Positions 33,301-42,773 of a stretch of 64,000 nt of DNA are shown here, piece by piece. The first letter of the stretch is position 1. Every line of letters begins with the position of its first letter. A model generated the notes under the pieces. It saw only the letters and a program-made list of their open reading frames with translations. It had not been told where the DNA came from and ran no database searches. The position numbers and the translations under genes were made by a program. This stretch comes from Elainellaceae cyanobacterium (GTDB lineage Bacteria > Cyanobacteriota > Cyanobacteriia > CAZCXK01), in NCBI GenBank assembly GCA_051117555.1, contig JBNPEG010000051.1, positions 12,339 through 76,338 of the forward strand, given 5' to 3'.

Positions 33301-34092
33301 ATGAAATCAAACCTGTCTGTTTTTAATTCTTATTGGATACGACGCTTACAGATACAGCGACTCCAAGCATTTGGGGTGATCGCATCTTCATCCTGTCAAC
33401 ATAAAGCAGGCGACAAATCGGCGCGCTGTTCTGCTCCTGAAGCAGGTTTAACTCTGCTGGAATGCCTTGTGGCGATCGCCGTAATAGCCTTAACTGGAGC
33501 AATGGTGGGTCCTCCTCTTTTGCTGGCAACTGCAACTCGTATCCAAAACCAGCGAGCAGAACAAGCTTTGCAAATTGGGCAGGGCGAAGTCGATCGGGTG
33601 CGATCGCTAGTCGAACGAGGCGAACACACCCCGACAAACTTGCCGGCGGCTGTCGCTGGTAATCCAACAAATCTAGATACAGCTACAACACCCGCGAGCG
33701 TTGTAGGGGCTCTGAAATCAGTTAGTTCAACTTGTTCTACCTATACCGGAGCGCAGATTCCAGTCGACCGGGCATTACAAATTGACGTGGATGGCGATTG
33801 TCAACCTGACTTCTTGATGCAAGTGTTTCGGACGCGCGGCACGGTTTCGCAGCGAGAGCAAGTTGGGCGCAATCGTCCAGGCGAGTTTGGCCTCATGGTT
33901 CGGGTGTATGCCGCGATCGCTCAGACTAATTTGGGCAATCTAGATAAAGAACCCGCAAGTTTGCGATTCACCTCCGGTGAAGGTAACCAGCGCAGCCGCC
34001 CCCTCGCCGTGCTCACCACACAAATCACCTGGAGTGAAAGCGACAATTCTCTCTTCTGCTACCAAGAGCTAGCAAACTGCCAACCTCAATAG
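33301..34092 (+). CDS. Type IV prepilin-like protein (HpsB-like minor pilin)
   Basis: Class III signal G|LTLLECLVAI followed by a hydrophobic helix. Confidence 0.85.
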   Translation: MKSNLSVFNSYWIRRLQIQRLQAFGVIASSSCQHKAGDKSARCSAPEAGLTLLECLVAIAVIALTGAMVGPPLLLATATRIQNQRAEQALQIGQGEVDRVRSLVERGEHTPTNLPAAVAGNPTNLDTATTPASVVGALKSVSSTCSTYTGAQIPVDRALQIDVDGDCQPDFLMQVFRTRGTVSQREQVGRNRPGEFGLMVRVYAAIAQTNLGNLDKEPASLRFTSGEGNQRSRPLAVLTTQITWSESDNSLFCYQELANCQPQ

Positions 34093-34118
34093 CAATCGCC
34101 CGACCTCAGATTGCTTGT

Positions 34119-35294
34119 ATGAGCAAAAGCAGCTTACCAACGGCATGTACTGAAACTCATCTGGAAGATGTAGCCATGAATTCTTTTACCTCCGTCTTAA
34201 TAAAACGGTTTGGGCGATCGCGCCGTGTATCGATCAGTAATCGAGGATTTACTCTTACAGAACTACTCGTCACCATGCTTATTGCTGGTGGCATTATATC
34301 TGGATTGATGTACATGGTGATTGAGTTGCTTACCGCAGATCAGCGTGAAGCAACCCGAACTCAAACTCAGCAAGAAATGCAAATGGCGATGGACTACATT
34401 AGTGCTGAGCTTCGGGAAGCTGTTTATATATATGAAGGGGCTTGTCTAAGTTCAACGGGGGAAGGAAACATCAACATGCCAAACGGAGATGCTGCGACAA
34501 ACACGCCCTCCTATTGCCCTGGCTTATATGACCACTTGCCAGCAGTACTAACGCCGACTAGCAACAGCTATCCAATCCTCGCATTTTGGAAGCAGCAAAA
34601 ACTTCCAGCTTCTGTTCGCCAAGCGTGTACCGCAGGCAACGCACTCCCTGCTACTCCTTGTACCTCAGGTCATTCATATGCGCTAGTCGTCTACTCGCTG
34701 AATTCGTCTAATACTCAAGGAACATGGAGTGGCAGAGCGCGAATTACTCGGTATGTGTTGTCAGAGTTCAATAATAATGGCACTCGTAACAGCGAGGATG
34801 TAGGATACGTCAATCCGTCTATGTTTCGCAACAATTTCAAGAGTTGGCCCTTTTACCAAAATGCCGATGTATCGACGGGGCAGTTCTCCGGTGTTCCTAC
34901 CAACCGTCAAATAAACCGACCTACGACCAATGGAGGCAATCCAGCCGTATTGGTTGATTTTGTCGATGACGGCAGCGGAGCAGCAGCAAGCAGTGTCAAT
35001 ACCAATGCAACATGTTTCAATGACGGAGACGCAACTCCAGAGATTGGTGAATATGTCAGAACATTCGATCCAACTACCTTTACTGGCGTAGTAGCAGATG
35101 CCCCTGGTTTTTATGCCTGTGTGAGCGTTAATAGTGACACGACTCGGAATAGGGATGTCGTGTTATATGTTCGTGGCAATCCCTTTGGTCGACCCGGCGT
35201 AAGGCGAGATCCCCAGATGACCAGCGCATTGCCTACGCTTGAAACCCGTGTCTTGAGTCGACCCGTGCTGAGTAAGTCCCCTCAAGTCAACTAG
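34119..35294 (+). CDS. Type IV prepilin-like protein (HpsC/PilW-like)
   Basis: RG|FTLTELLV, YI..ELREAVYIY, PILAFWK and ARITRY motifs; start may be 34176. Confidence 0.85.
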   Translation: MSKSSLPTACTETHLEDVAMNSFTSVLIKRFGRSRRVSISNRGFTLTELLVTMLIAGGIISGLMYMVIELLTADQREATRTQTQQEMQMAMDYISAELREAVYIYEGACLSSTGEGNINMPNGDAATNTPSYCPGLYDHLPAVLTPTSNSYPILAFWKQQKLPASVRQACTAGNALPATPCTSGHSYALVVYSLNSSNTQGTWSGRARITRYVLSEFNNNGTRNSEDVGYVNPSMFRNNFKSWPFYQNADVSTGQFSGVPTNRQINRPTTNGGNPAVLVDFVDDGSGAAASSVNTNATCFNDGDATPEIGEYVRTFDPTTFTGVVADAPGFYACVSVNSDTTRNRDVVLYVRGNPFGRPGVRRDPQMTSALPTLETRVLSRPVLSKSPQVN

Positions 35295-35347
35295 CACATC
35301 AGGATTCTGTCTCGGCTCATTATCATCCATTCATTGGAGTCAGACCC

Positions 35348-35872
35348 ATGCTACGTCGTTCTACTGTTCGTCACTCTACTGCTGGCTTCACAATTCTTGA
35401 AGTGCTCGCCGTAGTTATAATCATGGGGATCTTGGCAGCGATTGCTGCACCTGGATGGCTGTCTTTTATGAATCAAAGACGAGCGAATGCGGCAAACAAT
35501 CAGGTCTTACAGCAAATTCGCTTTATGCAAAGTGAAGCCCAGCGTACTCGACAAACAGAAACACTTGCATTTATTGCCGCAGAAGAGTCTAATTCGGGGC
35601 TGCCTGAGCTGAGTCGCAACGGTATTCAGTATGTGCTGGGCGAGGGAGAGTATAAGCCCGGAATGGTATCGCTCACAGCGTTTACGCGCGACGGAACCGC
35701 TCTCGACCAGTTAACTTTTAGCGCCGACGGAACGCTTGCACTCGAGTACGAGACATCCATGCCAATCAAAGTCACAGTCGCTGCACCAGGTGGCGCAGAT
35801 ATGCGGCGATGTCTCATCATTGAGACGCTTCTAGGGGCGATTTATGTAGAGAAGAATGAGGCTTGCAATTAA
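35348..35872 (+). CDS. Type IV prepilin-like protein (FimT/HpsD-like)
   Basis: AG|FTILEVLAV..I.GILAAIAAPGW and C-terminal RRC.I..TLLG. Confidence 0.87.
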   Translation: MLRRSTVRHSTAGFTILEVLAVVIIMGILAAIAAPGWLSFMNQRRANAANNQVLQQIRFMQSEAQRTRQTETLAFIAAEESNSGLPELSRNGIQYVLGEGEYKPGMVSLTAFTRDGTALDQLTFSADGTLALEYETSMPIKVTVAAPGGADMRRCLIIETLLGAIYVEKNEACN

Positions 35873-35932
35873 TCCTAACCGGGCGTTTCCATCCCGAAGA
35901 TTCGGAAGATTCAGTTGATAAGATTCAGTTTA

Positions 35933-36019
35933 TGTAGCAATTTTTAATTGCGTTAAGTACAAAAATGTTGTGCGGCGCGCCGCGCACCACCATACTCAAC
36001 TCAAGCGCATGCCATTATA
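35933..36019 (+). repeat. TATAG-bounded hairpin element, family B
   Basis: tgtagcaatt...aattgcgt...gtgcggcgcgccgcgcac...aactcaagcgca...tata; matches the reverse complement of 11007-11100. Confidence 0.75.
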
Positions 36020-36305
36020 AATGTTTAATTGCTGCAACGTTGATTAATGCTTTTAGATATTGATTCTTGAATATTTACGTTTAGTTGAGCTAGTCGCTTG
36101 ACACATGAACTTGTGTGATAAGTTACAGAAATAGATGTTGGATAAACATTCTCAATTTGCGAGATAAGCTGGAGAGGAGTTTTGCCGCTGTGGTCTCTTG
36201 TCGCACATCGAAGGAGAGCGATGTCAGGTGTGTAGGCAGTTTACTCGCAACGATATAGGGTGGTGTGGAGTTTTTATCGCTTCCTCCACGTTGTTACTAC
36301 CAAGG

Positions 36306-36512
36306 GGGAACTAAACTTCCCGCCAGAGCGGTCTGAGGTAGTAGACACCCCTTATTTATTGAATATTGCCTACCTGCGATTGAAGCCGCGCCTAAATAGG
36401 TGAGGTCAGTCTTCGCTAACTCTCATGTCACACGGGGGTTCGGTCTGTGCAGCAACGGTTATCTTCGCAAAGTTGCTATGCGTCTGCAACCGCTAGGTGT
36501 CTGAGGTTTATA
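36306..36512 (+). ncRNA. ssrS: 6S RNA (cyanobacterial 6Sa type)
   Basis: Long rod pairing: aaacttc 36313/gaggttt 36503, agcggt 36327/accgct 36489, agac-acccc 36343/ggggt-gtct 36435-36446; side hairpin agcaac/gttgct; ccccttatttattgaa resembles cyanobacterial 6S as I recall it; ends approximate. Confidence 0.82.
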
Positions 36513-36558
36513 AGTATCTAGTTTAATAAGTATCCAAATCTAAAGTTTTGTCAGTCAA

Positions 36559-37653
36559 TCAGGATACGGATGAGTCGAGATACTGCCGCACTAGATGTGC
36601 AAGTTGCTCAGCGCTATCGGCGATCGCCATTTTCCCCGCGGCTTCTGCCATAGCATTTAATCGTTCAGGCGATTGAAACAAATTTAGAACTTTGGTTTTG
36701 AGAATGTCTGGAGTGAGTTCTGCCTGACGGCACACAATTGCGGCATTGGCTGCTGCGAAAATAGCCGCATTAAAGGTTTGGTGATCGTCAGCCGCGTAAG
36801 GGTACGGGATTAAAATCGACGGTGTCTGAGTTATTGCTAACTCCGTCAGGGTTCCAGCGCCCGCGCGACTAATTGCAAGATTTGTCCTCTTGAGTAAGCA
36901 TGCCATGTTGTCATAAAAAGACAATGGAAAATATTGAGGATGGCTTAATTGTCTGACATCCGGATCACTCCCGCCCGTCAGGTGAACAATCCAGATTCCT
37001 TCTTCAAACCACTCAGGCGCACATTTACGAACGAGTTGATTAACGGCGACGGCTCCCTGGCTTCCTCCAATGACGACTATGAGGGGGACATCAGGGGGAA
37101 TCGGTAAATCTCTGAGCAAATTGCCGTCTCTCCCGCTGTCTTGATGATTACGAAATTGCGATCGTACGGGGGTGCCAACGCAAACGGTCTGAGCTCTCGG
37201 CAAATATTGCACTGACGCATCAAATCCTAATGCAACTGCGGTGCACCATGGGCTTAACCAACGTGTGACTTTTCCAGGCAAGACATTAGACTCGTGCAAG
37301 ATAGCAGGCAAGCCAAGTGTCCGTGCGGCAATAATAGCAGGGGCAGCAATATATCCGCCCGTTGTCAGCACACCGTCAAAGTTTCTAGTTTGTAGGAGAT
37401 ATCTGACCTCACGAATAGAAGAAACAAATCTTCTAAGGGTTTGGAACGTCCTGAGTCCAAATCGTGTTTGAAATCCTTCTATCTCGATAATGTTCATAGG
37501 ATAGCAGTCAGGCACGAGACGAGTTTCTAAGCGATTAGAAACACCCAACCACTCAATTTGATAGTCTGAAAGTTGCTCGGCAGTGGCGATCGCTGGAAAT
37601 AAATGTCCTCCCGTACCGCTTGCTGCAATGAGCAGTTTTTTTACATCAGCCAA
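36559..37653 (-). CDS. murG: Undecaprenyl-PP-MurNAc-pentapeptide GlcNAc transferase
   Basis: SGTGGHLFP, HESN..PG, GGSQGA, SRAGAGT and DHQ..NA motifs. Confidence 0.96.
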   Translation of the reverse strand: MADVKKLLIAASGTGGHLFPAIATAEQLSDYQIEWLGVSNRLETRLVPDCYPMNIIEIEGFQTRFGLRTFQTLRRFVSSIREVRYLLQTRNFDGVLTTGGYIAAPAIIAARTLGLPAILHESNVLPGKVTRWLSPWCTAVALGFDASVQYLPRAQTVCVGTPVRSQFRNHQDSGRDGNLLRDLPIPPDVPLIVVIGGSQGAVAVNQLVRKCAPEWFEEGIWIVHLTGGSDPDVRQLSHPQYFPLSFYDNMACLLKRTNLAISRAGAGTLTELAITQTPSILIPYPYAADDHQTFNAAIFAAANAAIVCRQAELTPDILKTKVLNLFQSPERLNAMAEAAGKMAIADSAEQLAHLVRQYLDSSVS

Positions 37654-37867
37654 CGATTAACTTCTCCAGAAAATAGCCTGTCAGGGTTACAAATTAGGTG
37701 AATATGATAGAGGTTATTTTGCGCCAGGTTCTAAAGTCCGAGTTACCCTATAGTCACCTCACCTTGAACTGATAAATTTCTTTAGGAAAGCAAATTGCCA
37801 GTCTCTAGGTGAGAATTTTTGAAACCAATAGGCTCGTCCCGTTATTTAGCTAATCACCCTATCATCT

Positions 37868-38770
37868 ATGGTCAACTTTCAGAATTTAAAGCCCCAAATC
37901 TTCTTAAATTTACCCAATTTACGGAATATATCTCAGATGCGTTGTTTATATTGCAAACCTCAACGGATGCTGGTGCCGTGTATCGTGATAGGAATGTCTT
38001 TGAGTTGGGCAGGTGGAGTGAATGCTCAATCTAGCAATGAGGTGAGTCCTCCTGCGGAGATTTCTGAGGCATTATCGCAAATTGACAGGGCTGCAAGCCA
38101 GGAAAATTTAGGCGATGTTCTAGAATTTTATAGCCCTGAGTTTACGAGCTCGGATGGTATGACTATTGATGCTTTAGAGGAAGCGTTAAAAATTTTCTGG
38201 GAGCGTTTCTCAAATGTGCGCTACGAGACTCAGTTAATATCGTGGGAGCAAGAGGATGATTCAATTATCGTAGAGACCTTAACTACGATTACCGGAACTC
38301 AAGACCTAGCTCAGCATGAATTTGATTTGGTTGCAACGATTGAGTCTCGTCAGCAGTTTGAGAATCAAAAGATTACTCGACAAGAGATTTTGTCAGAAAC
38401 TAGTCAGATGACAAGCGGTGAAAACCCTCCTAGCGTGGATATGATTTTGCCGGAGCAAGTTGGAATTGGTCAGCGCTTTGCTTTAGATGCCATCGTACTA
38501 GAACCTCTGGGGGACGATTTGCTGGTTGGTGCTGCCATCGAAGAGCCTGTTCAACCATCCGGCTATATCGTCAGTGCCCCCGTTAATCTAGAAGTTTTGT
38601 CTGCTGGAGGGCTGTTTAAAGTCGGTCAAGCACCTGCAATTCCTGAAAATCGTTGGATTTCTACCGTCATTATCCGTGAGGATGGCATTACGATGACTAG
38701 TCAGAGATTGCAAGTCGTGAGCCAGAGTTCTACACCTACTGACACTGATACATCTACCAATACTGATTAG
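37868..38770 (+). CDS. Secreted NTF2-like (SnoaL-like) domain protein
   Basis: Signal-like segment, ID.AA...NL..V..FYS..F...DG and GGLFKVG; start uncertain. Confidence 0.7.
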   Translation: MVNFQNLKPQIFLNLPNLRNISQMRCLYCKPQRMLVPCIVIGMSLSWAGGVNAQSSNEVSPPAEISEALSQIDRAASQENLGDVLEFYSPEFTSSDGMTIDALEEALKIFWERFSNVRYETQLISWEQEDDSIIVETLTTITGTQDLAQHEFDLVATIESRQQFENQKITRQEILSETSQMTSGENPPSVDMILPEQVGIGQRFALDAIVLEPLGDDLLVGAAIEEPVQPSGYIVSAPVNLEVLSAGGLFKVGQAPAIPENRWISTVIIREDGITMTSQRLQVVSQSSTPTDTDTSTNTD

Positions 38771-38845
38771 CTCCTGTCTCGCCATGATATTTAATAGGCA
38801 TGAGGTTATCTCTGAGCTAAACGGTAGACATCGAATAGGGGAATC

Positions 38846-39619
38846 ATGGTTTCAATTCAGGATCGGGTTGCACTAATTACCGGTGCAAGTAGCGGCATTG
38901 GCAGGGCCTGTGCAAAAGCCTTTGTGGAAGGGGGTGCCAAAGTCATTTTAGTGGCTCGACGCAAAGATCGTTTGGAGTCTCTTCTAGAGGACCTTAAACA
39001 GATCTCTGACACTCAACATTATGTAATTCAGCTTGACGTGCGCGATCGCTCTCAGGTCGAATCTGTCATCGGCAATCTTCCTGAACCATGGTGCAACATT
39101 GACATTTTGATTAATAATGCGGGGCTGAGTCGTGGCTTAGATAAACTTCATGAGGGAGACATTCAGGATTGGGAGGAAATGATTGACACCAATGTAAAGG
39201 GGCTGCTCTATATGACTCGATTAGTGGTTCCCAGGATGGTGAGTCAGGGAAGAGGACATGTCATCAATATTGGTTCAATTGCTGGGCATCAAACCTACCC
39301 CAATGGAAATGTCTATTGTGCAACCAAAGCCGCTGTTCGGGCGCTTTCAGAAGGGCTGAAAATGGATTTGCTCGGCACTCCGATTCGAGTTAGCTCAGTG
39401 GATCCAGGGCTTGTCGAGACAGAATTCAGCGATGTTAGATTCCACGGCGATGTGGAGAGAGCCAAAACCGTCTATAGCGGCATGACTCCATTGACTGGAG
39501 AAGATATTGCCGACATCGTGTTCTTTTGTGCAACTCGCCCGTTTCACGTCAATATCAGTGACGTGTTGGTTATCCCGACCGATCAATCAAGTGCGACGAT
39601 GGTCCATCGGCGGAGCTAG
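38846..39619 (+). CDS. SDR family NADP-dependent oxidoreductase (YdfG-like)
   Basis: TGASSGIG, NNAG, YCATK and PGLVETEFS motifs. Confidence 0.93.
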   Translation: MVSIQDRVALITGASSGIGRACAKAFVEGGAKVILVARRKDRLESLLEDLKQISDTQHYVIQLDVRDRSQVESVIGNLPEPWCNIDILINNAGLSRGLDKLHEGDIQDWEEMIDTNVKGLLYMTRLVVPRMVSQGRGHVINIGSIAGHQTYPNGNVYCATKAAVRALSEGLKMDLLGTPIRVSSVDPGLVETEFSDVRFHGDVERAKTVYSGMTPLTGEDIADIVFFCATRPFHVNISDVLVIPTDQSSATMVHRRS

Positions 39620-39629
39620 ATGAATTTTA

Positions 39630-40181
39630 CTAAAATCGAACACCAACACCACCCTGGAGAGCGGCTGCTGTGCCACTACCCTCCCGATATGCGTCAAACG
39701 CAATAATAGCATTTCCAAAGACGACGAGCCGACTGTTTGGAAGAGCGTAGTCGATACCGGGTTGAAGCACAAAAGCCGTTTGATTACCAATCGGAGAGGC
39801 CTCATCTTCGTCATTGCCATCTTGAAATGCCACGCCTGCTCCCAAGTACGCATCGGCTTGCCAGGTGATAGGAATATCATAGGAGACAGTTGGGACAAAC
39901 GCATTGGTGTCCGTAAAGACAAGCGCCTGAGCCCGAACCGAAATTGGCAACCTCAAGAATCGATACCGAGCCGCAATAACGGCGGCTGTGTCTTGGTTTT
40001 CATTATCGCCTTCACCATCTGTCAAGCCAAACGATCCCCCGACTCCTACGTAACTTCCATATGCGGCTTGAGCAGAGGCCGATGACGGACTCAAAAGCGT
40101 CATACCCACGGCTAAGACGGAGCTTCCGATCGCGATCGCTCCTACTCCTATTTGGCGTTGCCAAGATTTGAAATAATTCAT
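39630..40181 (-). CDS. Small outer-membrane beta-barrel-like protein
   Basis: Signal peptide ending ASA-Q, alternating beta-strand pattern and C-terminal GVRF. Confidence 0.65.
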   Translation of the reverse strand: MNYFKSWQRQIGVGAIAIGSSVLAVGMTLLSPSSASAQAAYGSYVGVGGSFGLTDGEGDNENQDTAAVIAARYRFLRLPISVRAQALVFTDTNAFVPTVSYDIPITWQADAYLGAGVAFQDGNDEDEASPIGNQTAFVLQPGIDYALPNSRLVVFGNAIIAFDAYREGSGTAAALQGGVGVRF

Positions 40182-40234
40182 TGGTAAACTCCTCAGCGTT
40201 AATAGTCAGCGTTAATAGAAATTATTTCGATAGC

Positions 40235-40328
40235 TATAGCGATCCTAAATCGCTTGTGAATTGTGTGTGAGCAGTGAGGGCGGGCGCCACCTGCCCCCAC
40301 TGCTCACAACCTATTTGGGATTGCCATA
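40235..40328 (-). repeat. TATAG-bounded hairpin element, family A
   Basis: tatagcgatcctaaatcgcttgtgaattgtgtgtgag...atttgggattgccata, the reverse of 28257-28344. Confidence 0.9.
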
Positions 40329-40654
40329 GCTGCATTCTGGATTTTTATCTGAATGACTTGATTGATGAGTGATTCGAAATCTATCAATTACGAATTAGCC
40401 TGAAATGATTAAAGCTGAAAAAAGCCGAATTTACCAGGCTTTTTAAATTTTTAGCTCGATAGGCATAACAATTCGACGTAACATTTCAATTATTTTTCTT
40501 CTTTCTGCTCAGCTAAATTGTAAAGCTGCTCAGAAATTTCCTAAAAAAATTTCAAGTTCCTGAAAAATCATTGGGCTTTTGCTATCAATTAGCGTAGATT
40601 GGGAATGCTAAATATAAGCCCACTCATCGGTAACATGACTCTGCGCAAGCGGCT

Positions 40655-41227
40655 ATGTTGAAAATCTTACGTACGACATTACTTTTATCGGCTGTTTTGA
40701 TCCCCATATTGGGCGATCGACAATTGCCCGCTTTTTCACAAGAATATCAAGGTTGTTTTATGGTTGATGACTTTGGGCAAGTCATTGATTTATCAGAAAT
40801 TTGTCCGCCTCCAACTCAGGTTGTGAGCAATAGTGAGTCTCCCGAGTTAGGGACAGGTGATATTCAAGTTACATTACGTTGGGCCACAACGGATGATTTA
40901 GATCTAGCAGTAACAGATCCAACGGGCAATGTGGTTGCGTACTACAATCCTACTGTTCCATCGGGTGGACAACTCGATGTAGACGCAAACGCAGGTTGCT
41001 TTAGCGATCCAAGTCAAACTCCGATTGAGAATATTTTTTGGCCGCCATCTCAAGCGCCAGAAGGTAGTTACACTATTGAAGTCAATCTGTTTACCCGCTG
41101 TACTGCGTCTAACGGCCCCATTCCATTCGAAATAACACTGCTAGTTCAAGGGAATACCGAGACGATCACGGGGACTGTTGATGATCAAAATCAAATTTTT
41201 ACCCGTCCGTTCTCGTTGCCAAGATAA
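40655..41227 (+). CDS. Secreted YfaP/DUF2135-like beta-sandwich protein
   Basis: Signal peptide, CFM...G..IDL..IC, IQVTLRW...DLDL.V.DP.G, GGQLDVDAN and ENIFW motifs. Confidence 0.7.
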   Translation: MLKILRTTLLLSAVLIPILGDRQLPAFSQEYQGCFMVDDFGQVIDLSEICPPPTQVVSNSESPELGTGDIQVTLRWATTDDLDLAVTDPTGNVVAYYNPTVPSGGQLDVDANAGCFSDPSQTPIENIFWPPSQAPEGSYTIEVNLFTRCTASNGPIPFEITLLVQGNTETITGTVDDQNQIFTRPFSLPR

Positions 41228-41460
41228 ATTGCCTGAATCAGGTAACCGAAGCGCATAGCAAAGAGATATTAGTATTCTCGGTTGAGGCTCATTGATCTCT
41301 GAAGGAGATAAACGACTTAAAAAATTACTACGGGTCAACAAAAGGTTAAGATTTTGGGGATGGCTGGCTTCTTTGTATTAGCGTTAAGAGCCATTTCTGC
41401 GAAATTCTCGGCATACTAGATACAGCGTAAATTAATCATTTCAAACGGGAGGCTGGGGGG

Positions 41461-42207
41461 ATGCGTCACGTCTCGTTCCTTGCGGTAATGACTATATTGA
41501 CTTTAGGGCTAGGAGGATGCGGCTTTATAAATCGATTGCTACCGGGGGGTGAGCAGACTGCGGTTGATGAGTCTGCTCAACAACCTGCTCCAAGCCCGAC
41601 CGATCAAGTCCCGGCAGAAGGTGAGGGTGAAGGCTTTGAGGAACCCGTAGTGGAGGAAGAATCTCCGCCTGTCGGCAATGTTCCTCCTGATTTAATTGCA
41701 TCGACTGATCCAAATCAGCGGGCTGCAAATGTGCGACGCGATCGCGCCGACCCTTTTGCATTGCTTCCGACAACGCCCACTGTTGAAATTCCTCAGGAAG
41801 AACCACAGCCGCAACGACCTGCCCCGGCTCAGCCTACATCTTCCCCCAGGGGGACATCTCCGGGAGCACTCGCACCCATCCCCGAGCTAGTTCCTCGCAA
41901 TACGCAACCGTCGCCACCGCCGCCGCCCCAACCAGATTTAGCAAGGGCTGTTGAAGTAAGCGGGGTTGTTCAGATTGGCAGCGTACCCTATGCAATTTTA
42001 AATGCACCCAATGAGCCTCACAGTCGTTATGTCAGATCGGGGCAGAGGCTTGCAAATGGCCAAGTTTTGGTAAAGCGTATTGAGGTGATTCCAGGGCTAG
42101 AACCCGTCGTTATTCTTGAAGAAAACGGCATTGAAGTCGTTCGTGAAGTGACGGGGCCGCGAGAGACGGAAACAGCGACTACAGCATCTACTAACCCAGC
42201 CATTTAG
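41461..42207 (+). CDS. Pro-rich lipoprotein with a PilP/GspC-HR-like C-terminal domain
   Basis: Lipobox LGGC, RADPF motif, Pro-rich linker, V.G.V....YAIL..P....RYVR.GQ.L..G...V..I. Confidence 0.6.
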   Translation: MRHVSFLAVMTILTLGLGGCGFINRLLPGGEQTAVDESAQQPAPSPTDQVPAEGEGEGFEEPVVEEESPPVGNVPPDLIASTDPNQRAANVRRDRADPFALLPTTPTVEIPQEEPQPQRPAPAQPTSSPRGTSPGALAPIPELVPRNTQPSPPPPPQPDLARAVEVSGVVQIGSVPYAILNAPNEPHSRYVRSGQRLANGQVLVKRIEVIPGLEPVVILEENGIEVVREVTGPRETETATTASTNPAI

Positions 42208-42512
42208 ATACGTCGGTTTCAGCATGATTGGGGGAGCCGAGCGGCTTCGCTATATCGTTTCATTTAATGGATGGCATAGTGAGCGAATCTGGCCGGATCA
42301 TCAAAACATTCCACGGGGCTCGACAGTGTTTTGCAATAAAAATTAAGGTTTTAGGCGATCTGATAGGACATGGAGGGTAGTACGCTGGAAGACGATCATG
42401 ATATAACCTGAGCCTCTTGTGGAAGACTTAGTTGCTGAATCAAATTTGAGCATTTGGCTAACAGCTCTCCAAGAGGATTTGATCAATTAATATCTTGTAA
42501 AGGAAAAGACTC

Positions 42513-42749
42513 ATGGTTCAACGCGGATCTAAAGTTCGAATTCTCCGGGAAGAGTCCTATTGGTACAAAGATGTCGGAACGGTTGCAACCGTTGACCAGA
42601 GCGGCATCAGATATCCCGCAATTGTTCGCTTTGACAAGGTTAATTACACTGGATACAGTGGCGCGACGGGAGGTGTAAATACGAATAACTTTGCTCTAGA
42701 TGAGTTAGAAGAAATTGCACCCCCCCCTTCAAAAGGTAAGAAGAAATAG
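42513..42749 (+). CDS. psaE: Photosystem I subunit IV
   Basis: [18 protein letters not shown]...VRFDKVNY...TNNFALDEL. Confidence 0.98.
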   Translation: MVQRGSKVRILREESYWYKDVGTVATVDQSGIRYPAIVRFDKVNYTGYSGATGGVNTNNFALDELEEIAPPPSKGKKK

Positions 42750-42773
42750 GGATTGTATTAGTGCGGGTGAATT

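Noticed and set aside
36165..36240. Glycine-riboswitch-like words (ggagag...cgaaggag...tcagg)
   Set aside because: The required helices cannot be formed convincingly and no glycine-related gene follows; the downstream feature is 6S RNA
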